The notes under the pieces are model-generated. The model saw nothing but the letters and a program-made list of their open reading frames with translations. It made no database searches and was not told the DNA's origin. From the NCBI GenBank assembly GCA_963743305.1, contig CAVUPH010000034.1, positions 22,200 through 86,199 of the forward strand: a DNA stretch of 64,000 bases. Direction: 5' to 3'. Origin of the DNA: an uncultured delta proteobacterium (GTDB lineage Bacteria; Desulfobacterota; RBG-13-43-22). Within the stretch, counting starts at the first letter, position 1. Each line of letters begins with the position of its first letter. Below are positions 61,753 through 64,000 of the stretch, in pieces. Position numbers and translations under genes: made by a program.

Positions 61753-62610
61753 ATGGAATACGACGAGAAAAGGCTTAAACGGAGGGCCTTGAGAGTCGGC
61801 CACGTCCTTAGCCTGTCCGTTTTCGCCCTCTTTGCCAGCCTGCCTTTCCTCTGGATGCTGATCACGACCTTCAAGCAAAACGCGGATCTCTATAACCGGA
61901 CCAATAACCCTTTCATCTTCAACATGGCCCCGACCCTGACTCACATCAAAACCCTCTTTTTTGAGACCCTCTTCTACCGTTGGCTGTTAAACACCGCCTT
62001 AGTGGGGACCCTGGTGGTGACCATCACCCTGCTTCTGGCCATTCCGGCGGGCTACAGCCTGGTTCGCCTCAGCGGCCGCACGGGGGAACGGTTGGGGATC
62101 GGCATCTTCCTGACCTATCTGGTGGCCCCCACCATCCTGTTCATCCCCATGTCCCGGATGGTGGCCAACCTGGGACTCCAGGACTCCCTCTGGTCTTTGG
62201 TCGTCGTCTTCCCTTCCTTCACCGTTCCCTTTGCCATCTGGCTGCTGATGGGTTTTTTTAAGGCCATCCCCAAAGACCTGGAGGAGGCGGCCATGATCGA
62301 CGGCTGCAGCCGACTGGGGGCCTTTATACGCATGGTCATCCCCATCTCGGTCCCGGGAATATTGACCGTGGTGATCTTCAGCTTCACCCTGGTGGTGCAG
62401 GAGTACATCTACACCCTGACCTTCGTGACCTCCGCCTCTCAGTACACCATCAGCGTCGGGGTGCCCACCTTCCTGGTCCACGGGGACGTCTACAACTGGG
62501 GGGCACTGATGGCGGGCTGCCTGATCGCCTCCCTGCCGGTGGCCATCGTCTACAATTTTTTTCTGGACCGATTTATCAGCGGACTGACCCTCGGGGCGGT
62601 GAAGGGCTAG
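61753..62610 (+). CDS. CUT1 ABC permease
   Basis: IPKDLEEAAMIDG, WGALMAG, GAVKG. Confidence 0.92.
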   Translation: MEYDEKRLKRRALRVGHVLSLSVFALFASLPFLWMLITTFKQNADLYNRTNNPFIFNMAPTLTHIKTLFFETLFYRWLLNTALVGTLVVTITLLLAIPAGYSLVRLSGRTGERLGIGIFLTYLVAPTILFIPMSRMVANLGLQDSLWSLVVVFPSFTVPFAIWLLMGFFKAIPKDLEEAAMIDGCSRLGAFIRMVIPISVPGILTVVIFSFTLVVQEYIYTLTFVTSASQYTISVGVPTFLVHGDVYNWGALMAGCLIASLPVAIVYNFFLDRFISGLTLGAVKG

Positions 62611-62627
62611 CGGGGGCGAATTTCACC

Positions 62628-62918
62628 TTACTCGTGTAATTTGAGCTCTGATAGTTTTTCATTTTTTGCCTCCCGGTTTGAAATTTGGACGGAGATGGCG
62701 CAACCCAGATCCTCCGGAGTCAGGACCAGGGTCCAGCCGTATTTCCGGGCTATGGCCTGGGCCTGGCAATGAGCCAGTTTGACCTGCAGATCCCGGCCCG
62801 GGGACCGGGCATCCTCGGGCAATTCCTCCGCTTCCTGCAAGAATTTTATCGCCAGGGGGAAGGTTCCCGGATTCACATACCGTCGTAAGGCCTTTCCCAT
62901 TTTTCGCCACGCTTCCAT
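62628..62918 (-). pseudogene. Truncated DUF169-family gene
   Basis: TFPLAIK..HCQAQAIARKYGW..DLGC then abrupt divergence; far shorter than the 28226-28978 paralog. Confidence 0.55.
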
Positions 62919-63027
62919 TCGCCGCCCTCCTTCCGTTAACCCCTAGGGAATTCCCTAATTATTAACAATTAACAATTGATTATTCATTTATTTTCAGACC
63001 TCGGGGGGCCAGTCCCGGCCAGGGGGG

Positions 63028-63384
63028 TTAGAATGAAAAAACCTTGGCCTCCACCGCCAAGTCAATCAGGGTGACGCCCGTCCCGATTTTGCAGCCGGGG
63101 GGAAGATCATCCTCGCCGATCAGGCGGGTTTCCGCGCAGGGCTTGCAGACGATGATGGCCGCCTTATTTTCCACCAGGAACTTCCAGTAAGTAATCAGCT
63201 CATCGCCCGTCGGGGCCTTGATCCGTTCCGTAAGGGAGAGGTTGGTGAAATAGACGGCGTCATCGATGAGGAAGATCGTAACCTCATGCCCTTTGTCGGC
63301 GGCGATCTTGGCCAACTGGAAACAGCGGGTGGCTCGGGTCGGATCTTCAGGTCCCCGGGTCAAGACAAATAGAAATTTAGCCAT
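63028..63384 (-). CDS. DsrE-family protein
   Basis: V.IFLIDDAV, VCKPCAETR, C-terminal VFSF. Confidence 0.82.
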   Translation of the reverse strand: MAKFLFVLTRGPEDPTRATRCFQLAKIAADKGHEVTIFLIDDAVYFTNLSLTERIKAPTGDELITYWKFLVENKAAIIVCKPCAETRLIGEDDLPPGCKIGTGVTLIDLAVEAKVFSF

Positions 63385-63626
63385 GGGCTATTCCTCCTGG
63401 TTCATTTTATTGACAGTCCCCGGCGACAGGGCGCAGGGGTAATCCTGCTTTTCTAATATCATAAAAAGCGCCGAATGTTGATTTTAAAAACTTGACGAAA
63501 TCTTTGGGAAGGGTACTCTTGGAAGATAAATCCAAAATCACGACCTTCGAATGCGGAATTCCCAGGAGCCGGATCTCTATGTTATCCTCTTTAACCTATC
63601 GGACTCACCGACCGTCCCCGCCACCT

Positions 63627-64000
63627 ATGTTGCCTCTGAACCCCTTTCCCCAGTGCTCGGATTGCCTCAGCGGTTTAGCCCGGGAAGCCTCCCGGATGGC
63701 GGCGGGTCCGGACGAGCACCTGCGATGTCGGACCGAGGCCGAAGCCCTGAAGACCCTGGAGGCGATTCTCCCCACCGGGTTGTCCTCCCCGGAGGTGGCC
63801 AACCGGGTCTACCAGGTAATTCGCCAAGTATCCGGGAATGAAGACCCCTACCGGGAGGCGAAAAAACACGAAATGCAACTGGCCCGGGAGGCCAGCGTTT
63901 ATTTCCTGCAGAGGCCGCCGCGGGATTTGAAGGAATGCGTCTCCCTGGCGGCTTTAGGCAATTCCTTTGATTTTTTTAAGGAACCGGAGGAAGCCTTGTC
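63627..64000 (+). CDS. DUF89/ARMT1-like damage-control phosphatase (3' truncated by window)
   Basis: Manual translation MLPLNPFPQCSDCL..SPEVA..SGNEDPYREAK..AALGNSFDF. Confidence 0.8.
   Translation, partial: MLPLNPFPQCSDCLSGLAREASRMAAGPDEHLRCRTEAEALKTLEAILPTGLSSPEVANRVYQVIRQVSGNEDPYREAKKHEMQLAREASVYFLQRPPRDLKECVSLAALGNSFDFFKEPEEAL

Noticed and set aside
63551-63841. 96-aa ORF from the track
   Set aside because: Wrong frame; the DUF89 gene starts at 63627 in another frame

Overview
Chromosomal window of a moderately GC-rich anaerobic Gram-negative bacterium, most consistent with a Desulfobacterota/deltaproteobacterial genome (inferred from gene content). Housekeeping genes: glyS 3' end, smc-ftsY, thrC, rlmH, ttcA, recD2, cysK, a four-subunit 2-oxoacid:ferredoxin oxidoreductase, an mla operon, tRNA-Arg(UCU) and a CUT1-type ABC importer. 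Four loci stand out. (1) A minus-strand operon (53741->46519) encodes a Cyc2-like cytochrome-porin fusion, a cupredoxin, an unannotated 40-aa membrane peptide, Rieske + cytochrome b, an octaheme and a monoheme cytochrome c, behind an attenuator-like leader. It is a candidate trans-envelope electron conduit. (2) A molybdopterin oxidoreductase-cysteine desulfurase fusion next to an EgtD/EanA methyltransferase, matching metallopterin-dependent anaerobic ergothioneine synthesis. (3) An HcrABC-like xanthine oxidoreductase trio with non-canonical active-site motifs, followed by a MoaD-like protein, a saccharopine-dehydrogenase-like enzyme and a class III aminotransferase. (4) An MlaF fused to a degenerate GGDEF-like domain, with no mlaB in the operon. 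Mobile-element debris (RAYT pseudogene, group II intron 3' end, truncated DDE transposase, IS110 fragment) surrounds the tRNA, and several MITE/REP families sit in intergenic regions. Many single-base frameshifts in conserved genes suggest assembly indel errors. All calls come from motif recognition only; no database searches were run.
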